From: Clostridia bacterium
Lineage (GTDB): Bacteria; Bacillota; Clostridia; Oscillospirales; CAG-382
Direction of reading: 5' to 3'
Assembly (NCBI GenBank): GCA_017625615.1
Contig: JAGAKP010000018.1
Span: forward strand, 2,454 to 66,453
DNA: 64,000 nucleotides
The first letter of the stretch is position 1. Every line of letters begins with the position of its first letter. The notes under the pieces are model-generated. The model did no database searches. It saw only the letters and a list, made by a program, of their open reading frames with translations, and was not told the DNA's origin. A program made the translations under genes and the position numbers. Below are positions 56,783 through 64,000 of this stretch, piece after piece.

Positions 56783-56811
56783 TTGACATATTCATTCATT
56801 TAATGTATAAT
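56783..56811 (+). promoter_or_regulatory. consensus sigma-A promoter of the hydrogenase-maturation operon
   Basis: TTGACA, 17-nt spacer, TATAAT, beginning 1 nt after the tex stop codon. Confidence 0.6.
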
Positions 56812-56883
56812 TACCTTACCTGAAGGAAAGATACGTTCTGACTCAAAGGTGTGGCTTTTAATAATAACAGTAATTTTGCTTTG

Positions 56884-56920
56884 CCGCGCCTTTTTTCAGG
56901 GCGCGGTTATTGTTTTTTGG
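56884..56920 (+). terminator. terminator-like hairpin inside the operon leader (candidate attenuator)
   Basis: CCGCGCC-ttttttcag-GGCGCGG (7 G-C pairs) followed by TTATTGTTTTTT. It lies between the promoter (56783-56811) and the ATG at 56929. Confidence 0.55.
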
Positions 56921-56928
56921 AGTTATTT

Positions 56929-57186
56929 ATGGAAACACGTATAGCAGTTATCAGCATTATAGTAGAAAAAAATGAATCCGCCGAAAGCATAAACACTCTT
57001 TTGCACGAGTACGGCGAATACATAATCGGCAGAATGGGTATACCTTACCGCCGCAGAGGTGTGAATATTATCAGCATCGCCATGGAGGCACCTCAAAACA
57101 CCGTCGCCGCCCTTTCGGGTAAGATCGGCAGAATAGAGGGCGTAAGCGTAAAGACGGCATATTCGGGAGTTTCCTTCGATGACTGA
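56929..57186 (+). CDS. TM1266-family iron-only hydrogenase system regulator (small ACT/NikR-C-like protein)
   Basis: 85-aa METRIAVISIIVE...GRMGIPY...ISIAMEAP pattern, positioned immediately upstream of hydE. The start is set at the internal ATG because the track start lies upstream of the leader hairpin. Confidence 0.68.
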   Translation: METRIAVISIIVEKNESAESINTLLHEYGEYIIGRMGIPYRRRGVNIISIAMEAPQNTVAALSGKIGRIEGVSVKTAYSGVSFDD

Positions 57187-58219
57187 ATTAACCTCCCGTC
57201 TTTTAAAGGACCGCTCTCTTTCTCTTGAGGAATACGCCGCCCTCATACGCACCTTCACCGATGATGACGCCGTGATACTTGCAAAGGAAGCCTGCCGCGT
57301 AAGAGACGAGGTTTACGGAAATCAAGTATACGTCCGCGGACTTATAGAAATAAGTAACTTTTGCCGTAACGATTGCTTTTATTGCGGTATCCGCAGAAGC
57401 AATAAAAAATGCGACCGTTACCGTCTTACCAAGGAGGATATATTGTCCTGCTGTGAGGAGGGCTACTCTTTAGGCTTTCGCACCTTCGTCCTTCAGGGCG
57501 GAGAGGACGGTTATTATACCGATGCGGTTATGTGCGATATAGTAAAGGAGATCAAGTCCCGCTTTCCTGATTGCGCCGTAACTCTTTCCTTGGGTGAAAG
57601 AAGCAGTGAAAGCTATCAAAAGCTTTTTGATGCAGGGGCAGACAGATACCTTCTCCGTCACGAAACCGCGGATGCGGAGCATTACAGCCTGCTTCACCCG
57701 ACAGAGCTTACCCTTGAAAACCGTATGAAATGCCTTAAGGACCTGCGCGATATCGGCTTTCAGGTAGGCGCCGGATTTATGGTGGGAAGCCCCTTTCAGA
57801 CGGCAGAGCATCTTGCAAAGGATCTGTGCTTTATAGCGGACTTTAAGCCGGATATGTGCGGTATCGGCCCCTTCGTACCCCATAGCGATACACCCTTCGG
57901 CGGTTATCCTACGGGCAGCGCCGTGCTTACCTGCTTTTTGCTGTCGGTCATACGAATAATCCATCCCACGGTCTTACTGCCCGCTACTACAGCCTTGGGC
58001 ACCATTCTTCCAAAGGGCAGGGAATTGGGTATTCTTTCGGGTGCAAACGTGGCTATGCCCAACCTTTCTCCTGCGACAGAAAGAAAAAAATATTCTCTTT
58101 ACAACAACAAATTATCGGACGGCGCAGAATCTGCCCAATGTCTTGACGAACTGAAAAAACGTGTCGCCTCCGTCGGCTGTACCATACCCGTACACAGAGG
58201 CGACGTTAAGAAAGGATAA
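57179..58219 (+). CDS. hydE: [FeFe]-hydrogenase maturase HydE (radical SAM)
   Basis: CRNDCFYC CxxxCxxC motif and BioB-like fold motifs; 346 aa; part of a hydE-hydG-hydF cluster. Confidence 0.85.
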   Translation: MTELTSRLLKDRSLSLEEYAALIRTFTDDDAVILAKEACRVRDEVYGNQVYVRGLIEISNFCRNDCFYCGIRRSNKKCDRYRLTKEDILSCCEEGYSLGFRTFVLQGGEDGYYTDAVMCDIVKEIKSRFPDCAVTLSLGERSSESYQKLFDAGADRYLLRHETADAEHYSLLHPTELTLENRMKCLKDLRDIGFQVGAGFMVGSPFQTAEHLAKDLCFIADFKPDMCGIGPFVPHSDTPFGGYPTGSAVLTCFLLSVIRIIHPTVLLPATTALGTILPKGRELGILSGANVAMPNLSPATERKKYSLYNNKLSDGAESAQCLDELKKRVASVGCTIPVHRGDVKKG

Positions 58220-58225
58220 ATTATT

Positions 58226-59674
58226 ATGGCTATATACAACCCCGCATCTCTCGATCCCAACGAGTTTATTAACGAGGGCGAGATACTCGCTACCCTTGAA
58301 TATGCAGAGGCAAATAAGAATAATATCGAGCTTATCGATTCCATTCTCCAAAAGGCGCGCCCCGTTAAAAACGGTAACGCTTATACCTGCAAGGGACTTA
58401 ACCACCGTGAGGCATCCGTACTTCTCGCTTGCGATATCCCCGAAAAGGTAGAGGAGATATACAAAATCGCCGAGGAGATAAAGCAGGCTTATTACGGCAA
58501 CCGTATAGTCATCTTTGCGCCTCTTTATCTTTCAAATTACTGCGTAAACGGATGCGTTTACTGTCCGTATCACCTCAAAAACAAGCATATCGCCCGCAAA
58601 AAGCTCACTCAGGAGGAGGTAAAGGCGGAGGTTATCGCTTTGCAGGATATGGGACACAAGCGCCTTGCCATCGAAGCAGGGGAGGATCCCAAGAACAATC
58701 CTATCGAATACATACTTGAATGTATAAACACCATTTACAGCGTTAAGCACAAAAACGGCGCCATCCGCCGCGTTAACGTAAATATCGCCGCAACCACCGT
58801 AGAAAACTACCGCAAGCTCAAGGAAGCGGGAATAGGCACCTATATCCTTTTCCAGGAGACCTATCACAAGGAAAGCTACCTCAAGCTTCATCCCACGGGA
58901 CCCAAGCACGATTACGATTATCACACCACTGCGATGGACAGAGCTATGGAGGGCGGTATTGACGACGTCGGTCTCGGCGTTCTCTTCGGACTTGAGCTTT
59001 ACAAATACGAATTTGCAGGCCTGCTTATGCACGCGGAGCACCTTGAGGCGGCTCACGGCGTGGGTCCTCACACCATCAGCGTTCCCCGCGTAAAGCGCGC
59101 TGACGATATCGACCCCGACGCATTCGATAACGGCATTTCCGACGAGACCTTTGCAAAGATCACCGCTTGTATCCGTCTTGCCGTTCCTTATACGGGTATT
59201 ATCATTTCCACCCGAGAGACCGAGGCTACCCGCAGTAAGCTTCTCCGTCTCGGCGTTTCTCAGGTAAGCGGCGGTTCCCGTACCTCCGTGGGCGGCTATA
59301 CCACCGAGGAGCGTCCGCACGATACCGAGCAGTTCGACGTTTCCGATCAGCGCACTCTTGACGAGGTCGTCAAGTGGCTTATGGATAACGGACACATTCC
59401 TTCCTTCTGCACCGCTTGCTACAGAGAGGGCAGAACGGGAGACAGATTTATGAGCCTTTGCAAATCGGGACAGATAATCAACTGCTGTCATCCCAACGCA
59501 CTTATGACCTTGTCCGAATACCTTGAGGATTACGCTTCTGCAGACACCAAGGCGGTAGGCTATAAGGTTATTGAAACCGAGCTTGAGAGAATAACCAATT
59601 TCAAGGTAAAGGAAATTGCAATTCAGAATATTGCGGATATCCGAGCATCCAACCGCCGCGATTTCCGCTTTTAA
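58226..59674 (+). CDS. hydG: [FeFe]-hydrogenase maturase HydG (radical SAM tyrosine lyase)
   Basis: CVNGCVYC radical SAM motif and a C-terminal CTACYREGRTGDRFMSLC auxiliary-cluster region; 482 aa. Confidence 0.9.
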   Translation: MAIYNPASLDPNEFINEGEILATLEYAEANKNNIELIDSILQKARPVKNGNAYTCKGLNHREASVLLACDIPEKVEEIYKIAEEIKQAYYGNRIVIFAPLYLSNYCVNGCVYCPYHLKNKHIARKKLTQEEVKAEVIALQDMGHKRLAIEAGEDPKNNPIEYILECINTIYSVKHKNGAIRRVNVNIAATTVENYRKLKEAGIGTYILFQETYHKESYLKLHPTGPKHDYDYHTTAMDRAMEGGIDDVGLGVLFGLELYKYEFAGLLMHAEHLEAAHGVGPHTISVPRVKRADDIDPDAFDNGISDETFAKITACIRLAVPYTGIIISTRETEATRSKLLRLGVSQVSGGSRTSVGGYTTEERPHDTEQFDVSDQRTLDEVVKWLMDNGHIPSFCTACYREGRTGDRFMSLCKSGQIINCCHPNALMTLSEYLEDYASADTKAVGYKVIETELERITNFKVKEIAIQNIADIRASNRRDFRF

Positions 59675-59685
59675 CAGGAGTTTAT

Positions 59686-60879
59686 ATGTCACTTAACCAA
59701 ACCGTTTCGGGCGAAAGATTGCATATCGGCTTTTTCGGCAAGCGCAACGCAGGCAAGTCCAGCCTTGTAAACGCCGTTACGGGACAGGAGCTTTCCGTGG
59801 TTTCCGACGTAGCGGGAACCACCACCGATCCCGTCAAAAAGGCGATGGAGCTGTTTCCCATCGGTCCCGTCCTTATAACCGATACCGCAGGCTTTGACGA
59901 TATCGGCGCTCTCGGCGAAAAGCGAGTGGAAAAGACGGAGCGCACCCTTGCCTCCACCGACCTTGCCGTGCTTGCCGTAGACGGCGTGACGGGCTTTTCT
60001 CCCGAAGACGAGCAGATGCTTGAAAAAATAAAAAAACGCGGTATAAAGCATATTATCGTGTATACCAAGGCAGACCTCGGCGCTCCACGTATTACTCATG
60101 CGGGAATTTCCGTTTCCTCGGAAAGCGGGGAGAATATAGAAAAGCTTAAAACACTTCTGGGCTCTCTTTGTGCCCAAAAAACGGAAAGGTTTATTCTCCG
60201 CGATCTCGTTGAAAAGGGAGACACCGTGCTTCTGGTCATCCCCGTAGACGAATCTGCGCCCAAGGGAAGACTCATCCTTCCTCAACAGCAGACCATACGG
60301 GAATTGCTTGACCTTCACTGCATTCCTCTCTGCTGTCAGCCCGAAGAGGTAAAGCACGTTCTTTCCGTGCTTTCCGCTCCGCCCAAGCTCGTTATAACCG
60401 ATTCCCAAGCCTTCGGCAGAGTTTCCAAGGATCTGCCCGAGGAAATTATGTTAACTTCTTTTTCCATCCTTTTCGCCCGCTATAAAGGTGATCTTACCAC
60501 TCTCGTAAAGGGCGCGGCAATGCTAGGATCCTTAAAAGACGGGGATAACGTGCTTATCGCAGAGGGATGTACCCACCATCGCCAATGCGGCGATATCGGC
60601 AGCGTGAAAATGCCGAAGTGGATAGAAGGGTATACGGGCGTAAAGCCAAATTACACCTTCTCGTCGGGCAACGATTTCCCTTCGGATTTATCGGAGTTTT
60701 CTCTCGTTATCCACTGCGGAGGATGTATGCTTAACGAAACCGAAATGGTGCACCGCCTTTCCGTTGCGAGAGAGCAGGGAATACCTATGGTAAACTACGG
60801 CGTTGCCATCGCTTGTATGCACGGCATACTCAAAAGAAGCCTTCAGCCCTTTCCGACGGTTGCCGAATTACTCAAATAA
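59686..60879 (+). CDS. hydF: [FeFe]-hydrogenase maturation GTPase HydF
   Basis: G1 GKRNAGKSS, G3 DTAG, G4 TKAD, and C-terminal cluster ligands CTHHRQC...HCGGC. Confidence 0.85.
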   Translation: MSLNQTVSGERLHIGFFGKRNAGKSSLVNAVTGQELSVVSDVAGTTTDPVKKAMELFPIGPVLITDTAGFDDIGALGEKRVEKTERTLASTDLAVLAVDGVTGFSPEDEQMLEKIKKRGIKHIIVYTKADLGAPRITHAGISVSSESGENIEKLKTLLGSLCAQKTERFILRDLVEKGDTVLLVIPVDESAPKGRLILPQQQTIRELLDLHCIPLCCQPEEVKHVLSVLSAPPKLVITDSQAFGRVSKDLPEEIMLTSFSILFARYKGDLTTLVKGAAMLGSLKDGDNVLIAEGCTHHRQCGDIGSVKMPKWIEGYTGVKPNYTFSSGNDFPSDLSEFSLVIHCGGCMLNETEMVHRLSVAREQGIPMVNYGVAIACMHGILKRSLQPFPTVAELLK

Positions 60880-60894
60880 ATCACCCCAATAAAG

Positions 60895-60934
60895 AAGGTG
60901 CTCGTGTTATGTTAACGAGCACCTTTTATTTTTT
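60895..60934. terminator. bidirectional terminator between hydF and the PAP2 gene
   Basis: Perfect 11-bp stem AAGGTGCTCGT ... ACGAGCACCTT followed by TTATTTTTT. It overlaps the last codons of the minus-strand gene. Confidence 0.7.
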
Positions 60935-61676
60935 CAACTATTATATATACGGTATGAAGTATTGCAAACAGTATAACTGCTGCAACGAGGTCGATTATCG
61001 AATGCTGCTTTACAAAGACCGTAGAAAGGCAGATAAGCACGGCAAGCACCGTACCGCTTATTTTAACGTAGCCTTTAACGTTCCTGCTTCGTATAAGGGC
61101 GGCGGCAAGTACAACCGAGCCGTACACGTGCATGCTGGGAAATACCACGCGGGGAGGATCGTCGCAGGCGTAGATAAACGCCGTAAGCTTTGTCAGAATA
61201 TTGCTTCTGCCGAGATTTTCAAGCAGATTGGGGTCTCTTGCAATTTCAGTAGGACATATCGTGTTGGTAATAAGGCAAACGAGCATTCCGGCAATAGTCA
61301 TTATTGCAAGATACATATATTCCTTTTTCGTGCCGTTTTTTGCAAGGAGAACGTTGGTAAACAGGATGAAGGGATACCACAGCACGTAGGGAAGTATGAA
61401 CCATTCGCAAAAGGGTATCATCGCGTCAACGCTGTTGAATTCTACCATTATATATCCGTCGGCAAAGCCGGGAAATCTTACCAAAAGGGAGTACCATATT
61501 ATTTGAAAAAGCCAATAAAAGGTTAAAAGGGTATACGGCTTTTTCTTAAAGAAGTTTATAAGCTTAATTTTAATCCGCTCCTTTCGAGTAGCAATTATAC
61601 ACCATTTTCTTTTAAAAATCAATATTCGGTTGACAAAACCTTTCCTTTGGTGTAGAATACCTAAGCACGCCTGCAT
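60912..61676 (-). CDS. PAP2-superfamily (PAP2_C / sphingomyelin-synthase-like) membrane phosphatase; start codon uncertain
   Basis: FPSMH ... VKQHSIIDL motifs and 5-6 TM helices. The only ATG (61674-61676) lies downstream of the opposing tRNA promoter's start site, while a good AAGGAG RBS at about 61590 is followed only by ATT/ATA codons. Confidence 0.6.
   Translation of the reverse strand: MQACLGILHQRKGFVNRILIFKRKWCIIATRKERIKIKLINFFKKKPYTLLTFYWLFQIIWYSLLVRFPGFADGYIMVEFNSVDAMIPFCEWFILPYVLWYPFILFTNVLLAKNGTKKEYMYLAIMTIAGMLVCLITNTICPTEIARDPNLLENLGRSNILTKLTAFIYACDDPPRVVFPSMHVYGSVVLAAALIRSRNVKGYVKISGTVLAVLICLSTVFVKQHSIIDLVAAVILFAILHTVYIIVEKIKGAR
61630..61658 (+). promoter_or_regulatory. sigma-A promoter driving the tRNA-Arg region
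   Basis: TTGACA, 17-nt spacer ending in TG, then TAGAAT. Confidence 0.6.
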
Positions 61677-61770
61677 AGTTAAATGGATATAACAAGCCCC
61701 TCCTAAGAAGTAGGTCGTTCGAGTCTATGGGGGCTGGATAGAGCAAAAAACTTAATATTTATTAGCAAAT

Positions 61771-61814
61771 GTCCCAGTAGCTCAGCTGGATAGAGCACCA
61801 CCCTCCTAAGGTAG
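61771..61814 (+). pseudogene. truncated tRNA-Arg(CCU) paralog (acceptor 5' strand through anticodon arm only)
   Basis: GTCCCAG TA GCTC AGCTGGATA GAGC A CCACC CTCCTAA GGTAG, then unrelated sequence. No T arm and no CTGGGAC acceptor 3' strand were found in the next 80 nt. Confidence 0.55.
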
Positions 61815-61894
61815 CGTTACAACGCTCACCTTGGAAAAACCTTAGGAGGGAGCTGAGTCCGATAACTACGGGGGCTGACAAAAAAATTTAATAC

Positions 61895-61971
61895 GTCCCA
61901 ATAGCTCAGTTGGATAGAGCACACGCCTCCTAAGCGTGGGGTCGGAGGTTCAAGTCCTCTTTGGGACGCCA
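61895..61971 (+). tRNA. tRNA-Arg (anticodon CCU)
   Basis: GTCCCAA TA GCTC AGTTGGATA GAGC A CACGC CTCCTAA GCGTG GGGTC GGAGG TTCAAGT CCTCT TTGGGAC G CCA. The cloverleaf is canonical. Confidence 0.9.
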
Positions 61972-61980
61972 GCTAACAAC

Positions 61981-62019
61981 GCCGAAAGCCTTTGTTTTCA
62001 AGGGTTTTCGGCTTTTTTT
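61981..62019 (+). terminator. intrinsic terminator of the tRNA transcript
   Basis: GCCGAAAGCC ... GGTTTTCGGC 10-bp stem (one G.U) followed by TTTTTTT. Confidence 0.82.
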
Positions 62020-62132
62020 AACAAATTCCAGTGTGATTGCTGAGACGAAATAATGTTTTCAAATTTTACTTCAAATTCTGATTTTTGACAAGCCCTAAAA
62101 AATCGAACTGCTGTGATAAGACAAAAATTTCT

Positions 62133-62250
62133 GCTAATCATTAGCAGAAAAAGGGCCGTTTTTGCTAATGAAAATGCGCTTCCAGCTAATTAGGCGAAAA
62201 AACGTGCTAAAAACCTTGCTAATTCAAAAGGCGGATGTTCCGAGTGCTAA
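62133..62250. repeat. iterated GCTAA(T) motifs including a 17-bp perfect palindrome
   Basis: CTGCTAATCATTAGCAG palindrome at 62131-62147, then GCTAA at about 62164, 62185, 62206, 62218 and 62246. The 21-nt spacings recur. Confidence 0.45.
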
Positions 62251-62289
62251 GCCGTTATAAGAAATAAAATTGAATATTACCATGTACAT

Positions 62290-62340
62290 AGAGCGTCTAT
62301 TTGCCCCTGTATCGGGGATGGATAGACGCTCTTTTTTTAT
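62290..62340 (+). terminator. strong terminator-like hairpin upstream of the first ICE gene
   Basis: Perfect 11-bp stem AGAGCGTCTAT ... ATAGACGCTCT with an inner CCCC-tgtatc-GGGG hairpin, followed by TTTTTTT. Confidence 0.7.
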
Positions 62341-62384
62341 GCCCAAAATTCATGGGTAAATCTGAAAGATTGGAGGTTTGATTT

Positions 62385-62609
62385 TTGAGTAAAATCGTCT
62401 ATTCCCCAGACAAGCCAAACGACTGCCGCTACTGTCATTTTTGGAAAAACAATAAAACGGGCTGCTGTCTGGGCGAAGAAAATTGTTACTACTTAATCTC
62501 CGTATCCCCAAAGCCGAAGTCGGAATGTGAAGGTTGTCCTTATGGGCGGGATCATCCCTGCATCGGCTGGTGTACCAGGAAGATTATGAAGGAAGTGGGG
62601 GTGCGTTGA
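62385..62609 (+). CDS. cysteine-rich small protein (ICE-associated, VLP-type)
   Basis: 74 aa with 10 Cys in CxxC/CC patterns; TTG start after a GGAGG RBS. Genes of this kind precede RepA_N genes in Clostridia ICEs. Confidence 0.6.
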   Translation: MSKIVYSPDKPNDCRYCHFWKNNKTGCCLGEENCYYLISVSPKPKSECEGCPYGRDHPCIGWCTRKIMKEVGVR

Positions 62610-62610
62610 T

Positions 62611-62808
62611 ATGTATGAGTATGAACGCAATCGCCGTGACAAGCCGAAATGTTGCAAAGACTGCGAGTATTATCAACCCCGATGGAAGTACCGCTTCTGC
62701 TATTTTGTCAGATGTCCGTATAAACTGAAGGATACGACTTTCCGCAGAACCCCTCTGAAAAAAGAGTATTTCCCGCAGAAAGAGGTGGTGAGGATGAGTG
62801 ACGTATGA
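62611..62808 (+). CDS. cysteine-rich small protein (ICE-associated, KTR-type)
   Basis: 65 aa with CCKDCEYY...FCYFVRCPY. It starts 1 nt after the previous stop. Confidence 0.55.
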   Translation: MYEYERNRRDKPKCCKDCEYYQPRWKYRFCYFVRCPYKLKDTTFRRTPLKKEYFPQKEVVRMSDV

Positions 62809-63700
62809 TTATTTCTATGGGCAGCAAGCGGAGATGTTCGCATTCTACCGTGTTCCGAAGGTGCTATTCACCGAGGATTGCTTCTGGAATGTATCAACCG
62901 ATGCCAAGCTGCTTTACGGTATTCTGCTTGACCGCATGAACCTCTCAGCCCGGAACGGTTGGCTGGACGAGGAAGGCCGTGTCTATATCATCTTCACGAT
63001 TGAAGAAATCAAAGGTGCGTTAGGCTGTGCTGAAAAGAAAGCGGTGAAGCTGCTGGATGAGCTGGAAAAGAAATGCGGTCTGATAGAACGCAAGCGACAG
63101 GGACTTGGGAAACCGAACCTGATCTATGTAAAGAACTTCATTTCCGGTTCTGTGGAAAGACAATTCTTGAATTGTCAAAAGGACAATTCTGGAGTTGTCA
63201 AAAACACAATTCAAGAACTGTCAAAAGCACAAGGTAATAATACTGATACTAATTATATTGATTTTAGTGATACTGATCCTTTCTTTCCTTCCGGTTTTTG
63301 TGGAAAGGAAGTCGATGAGACTGACGAATTTACCCGATATTATCAGTATTTTTATGAACAGCTTTCTATGGACTATCTGAAACAGGATTATCCGTATGAC
63401 CATGAGATACTCGATCTAATTCTGCATTTGATTATTGAAGTCATGTGCAGTAATCGGAAGCAAATACGAATTGCCAGTGATGATAAGCCCATTGAAATTG
63501 TCAAAAGCAGTTTTATGAAGCTGGATTCTGAACACATCAGATTTGTAATGAGTTCTTTCAAAGAGAACACAACCGATGTTCGCAATATCAAGCAGTATTT
63601 ACTTGCTTCGATATACAATGCCCCCTACACCATAAGCGCCCACTATGACGCAAAGGTCAGGCATGATATGGCTTCGGGGAAACTTGGAGGGAGGTGGTAA
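62798..63700 (+). CDS. replication initiator protein A (RepA_N domain) with C-terminal DUF-like domain
   Basis: The N-terminal FYRVPKVLFTEDCFWNVSTDAKLLYGILLDRMNLS...GWLDEEGRVYIIFT pattern is the RepA_N winged-helix signature. Confidence 0.8.
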   Translation: MTYDYFYGQQAEMFAFYRVPKVLFTEDCFWNVSTDAKLLYGILLDRMNLSARNGWLDEEGRVYIIFTIEEIKGALGCAEKKAVKLLDELEKKCGLIERKRQGLGKPNLIYVKNFISGSVERQFLNCQKDNSGVVKNTIQELSKAQGNNTDTNYIDFSDTDPFFPSGFCGKEVDETDEFTRYYQYFYEQLSMDYLKQDYPYDHEILDLILHLIIEVMCSNRKQIRIASDDKPIEIVKSSFMKLDSEHIRFVMSSFKENTTDVRNIKQYLLASIYNAPYTISAHYDAKVRHDMASGKLGGRW

Positions 63701-63741
63701 TCAATGCAGTATACACAGAATAGAAAGCGAGGTAAAGATAT

Positions 63742-64000
63742 TTGTCGAAAAAAGCAACCGTCATTGCCGTAGTCAACCAGAAAGGCGGCACGGGCAAGAC
63801 CACAACCACGGAAAATTTGGGTGTGGGACTGGCGATGGAGGGCAAAAAGGTTCTGCTGGTAGACACAGACCCGCAGGCTTCTTTAACAGTCAGTCTGGGA
63901 AATCCGTACCCGGATACCTTATCTCCCACCCTTTCCGACATGATGGGAAAGATTATGATGGAAAAGCCGATTGCCCCCGGCGAAGGCATTCTTCATCACC
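63742..64000 (+). CDS. parA: ParA-family partition ATPase, N-terminal part (runs off right edge)
   Basis: My own translation from the TTG at 63742 gives [48 protein letters not shown], with the deviant Walker A KGGxGKT. It is absent from the ORF track because there is no stop in the window. Confidence 0.85.
   Translation, partial: MSKKATVIAVVNQKGGTGKTTTTENLGVGLAMEGKKVLLVDTDPQASLTVSLGNPYPDTLSPTLSDMMGKIMMEKPIAPGEGILHH

Larger units (their letters stand above)
62030..64000 (+). mobile_element. left or right end of an integrative conjugative / mobilisable element (continues beyond the window)
   Basis: The module of two Cys-rich small proteins, a RepA_N replication initiator and ParA is typical of Clostridia ICE ends. 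Codon usage shifts to CTG/CCG-rich. The element sits immediately downstream of tRNA-Arg. The exact boundary is unknown. Confidence 0.6.

Noticed and set aside
61771-61890. Considered that the truncated tRNA-Arg is an intron-containing gene, since group I introns occur in bacterial tRNA-Arg(CCU) anticodon loops.
   Set aside because: The insert would be only about 60-70 nt, far too short for a group I intron. No 3' exon (T arm plus CTGGGAC acceptor strand) follows it.

Overview
This 64-kb window looks like the chromosome of a Clostridia-type Firmicute. That placement is an inference from gene order (ecfA-ecfA-ecfT-truA, ruvCAB, hydEGF), C/T-ending codon preference and sigma-A style promoters. 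All family calls come from motif recognition by eye; no searches were run.

Most of the window is housekeeping:
- ECF transporter energizing module, truA, ruvABC, acpP, nagA plus a ROK kinase, rlmB, an EF-G paralog, a PBP5-type carboxypeptidase and pgi
- a cation antiporter, mgtC, threonine aldolase and galK
- a yhaO/yhaN-like nuclease pair, recG, dusB, a purine permease, tex and the [FeFe]-hydrogenase maturases hydE/G/F

Four regions look accessory or unusual:
1. 10.39-15.45 kb is an AT-rich, tightly packed four-gene operon: Gfo/Idh/MocA oxidoreductase, radical SAM enzyme, a TIR domain fused to an alpha/alpha-toroid-like domain, and an EEP-fold nuclease/phosphatase. It sits between a sugar-kinase gene and a surface-protein gene. 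This is my best candidate for an undescribed, probably anti-phage, system.
2. 28.9-33.8 kb is an operon of an amino-acid permease, two B12-type radical SAM enzymes and an acyltransferase-like protein, function unknown.
3. 43.6-45.6 kb holds an AT-rich XRE/TPR regulator bracketed by paralogous hairpin-rich repeats. Next to it are two odd tRNAs, including a tRNA-Glu-type body carrying a Val (UAC) anticodon.
4. 61.6-64.0 kb holds a tRNA-Arg(CCU) gene preceded by tRNA-Arg-derived fragments. It is followed by the edge of a conjugative/integrative element (Cys-rich small proteins, RepA_N initiator, ParA).

Also noted: a REP-like tetraloop-hairpin repeat family (two GNRA tetraloops, one 3-nt loop), a promoter-plus-terminator leader in front of the hydrogenase maturation operon, and a catalytically degenerate P-type-ATPase-like membrane protein.

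I saw no rRNA genes and no CRISPR array. Coordinates of non-coding features were hand-indexed and may be off by 1-2 nt.
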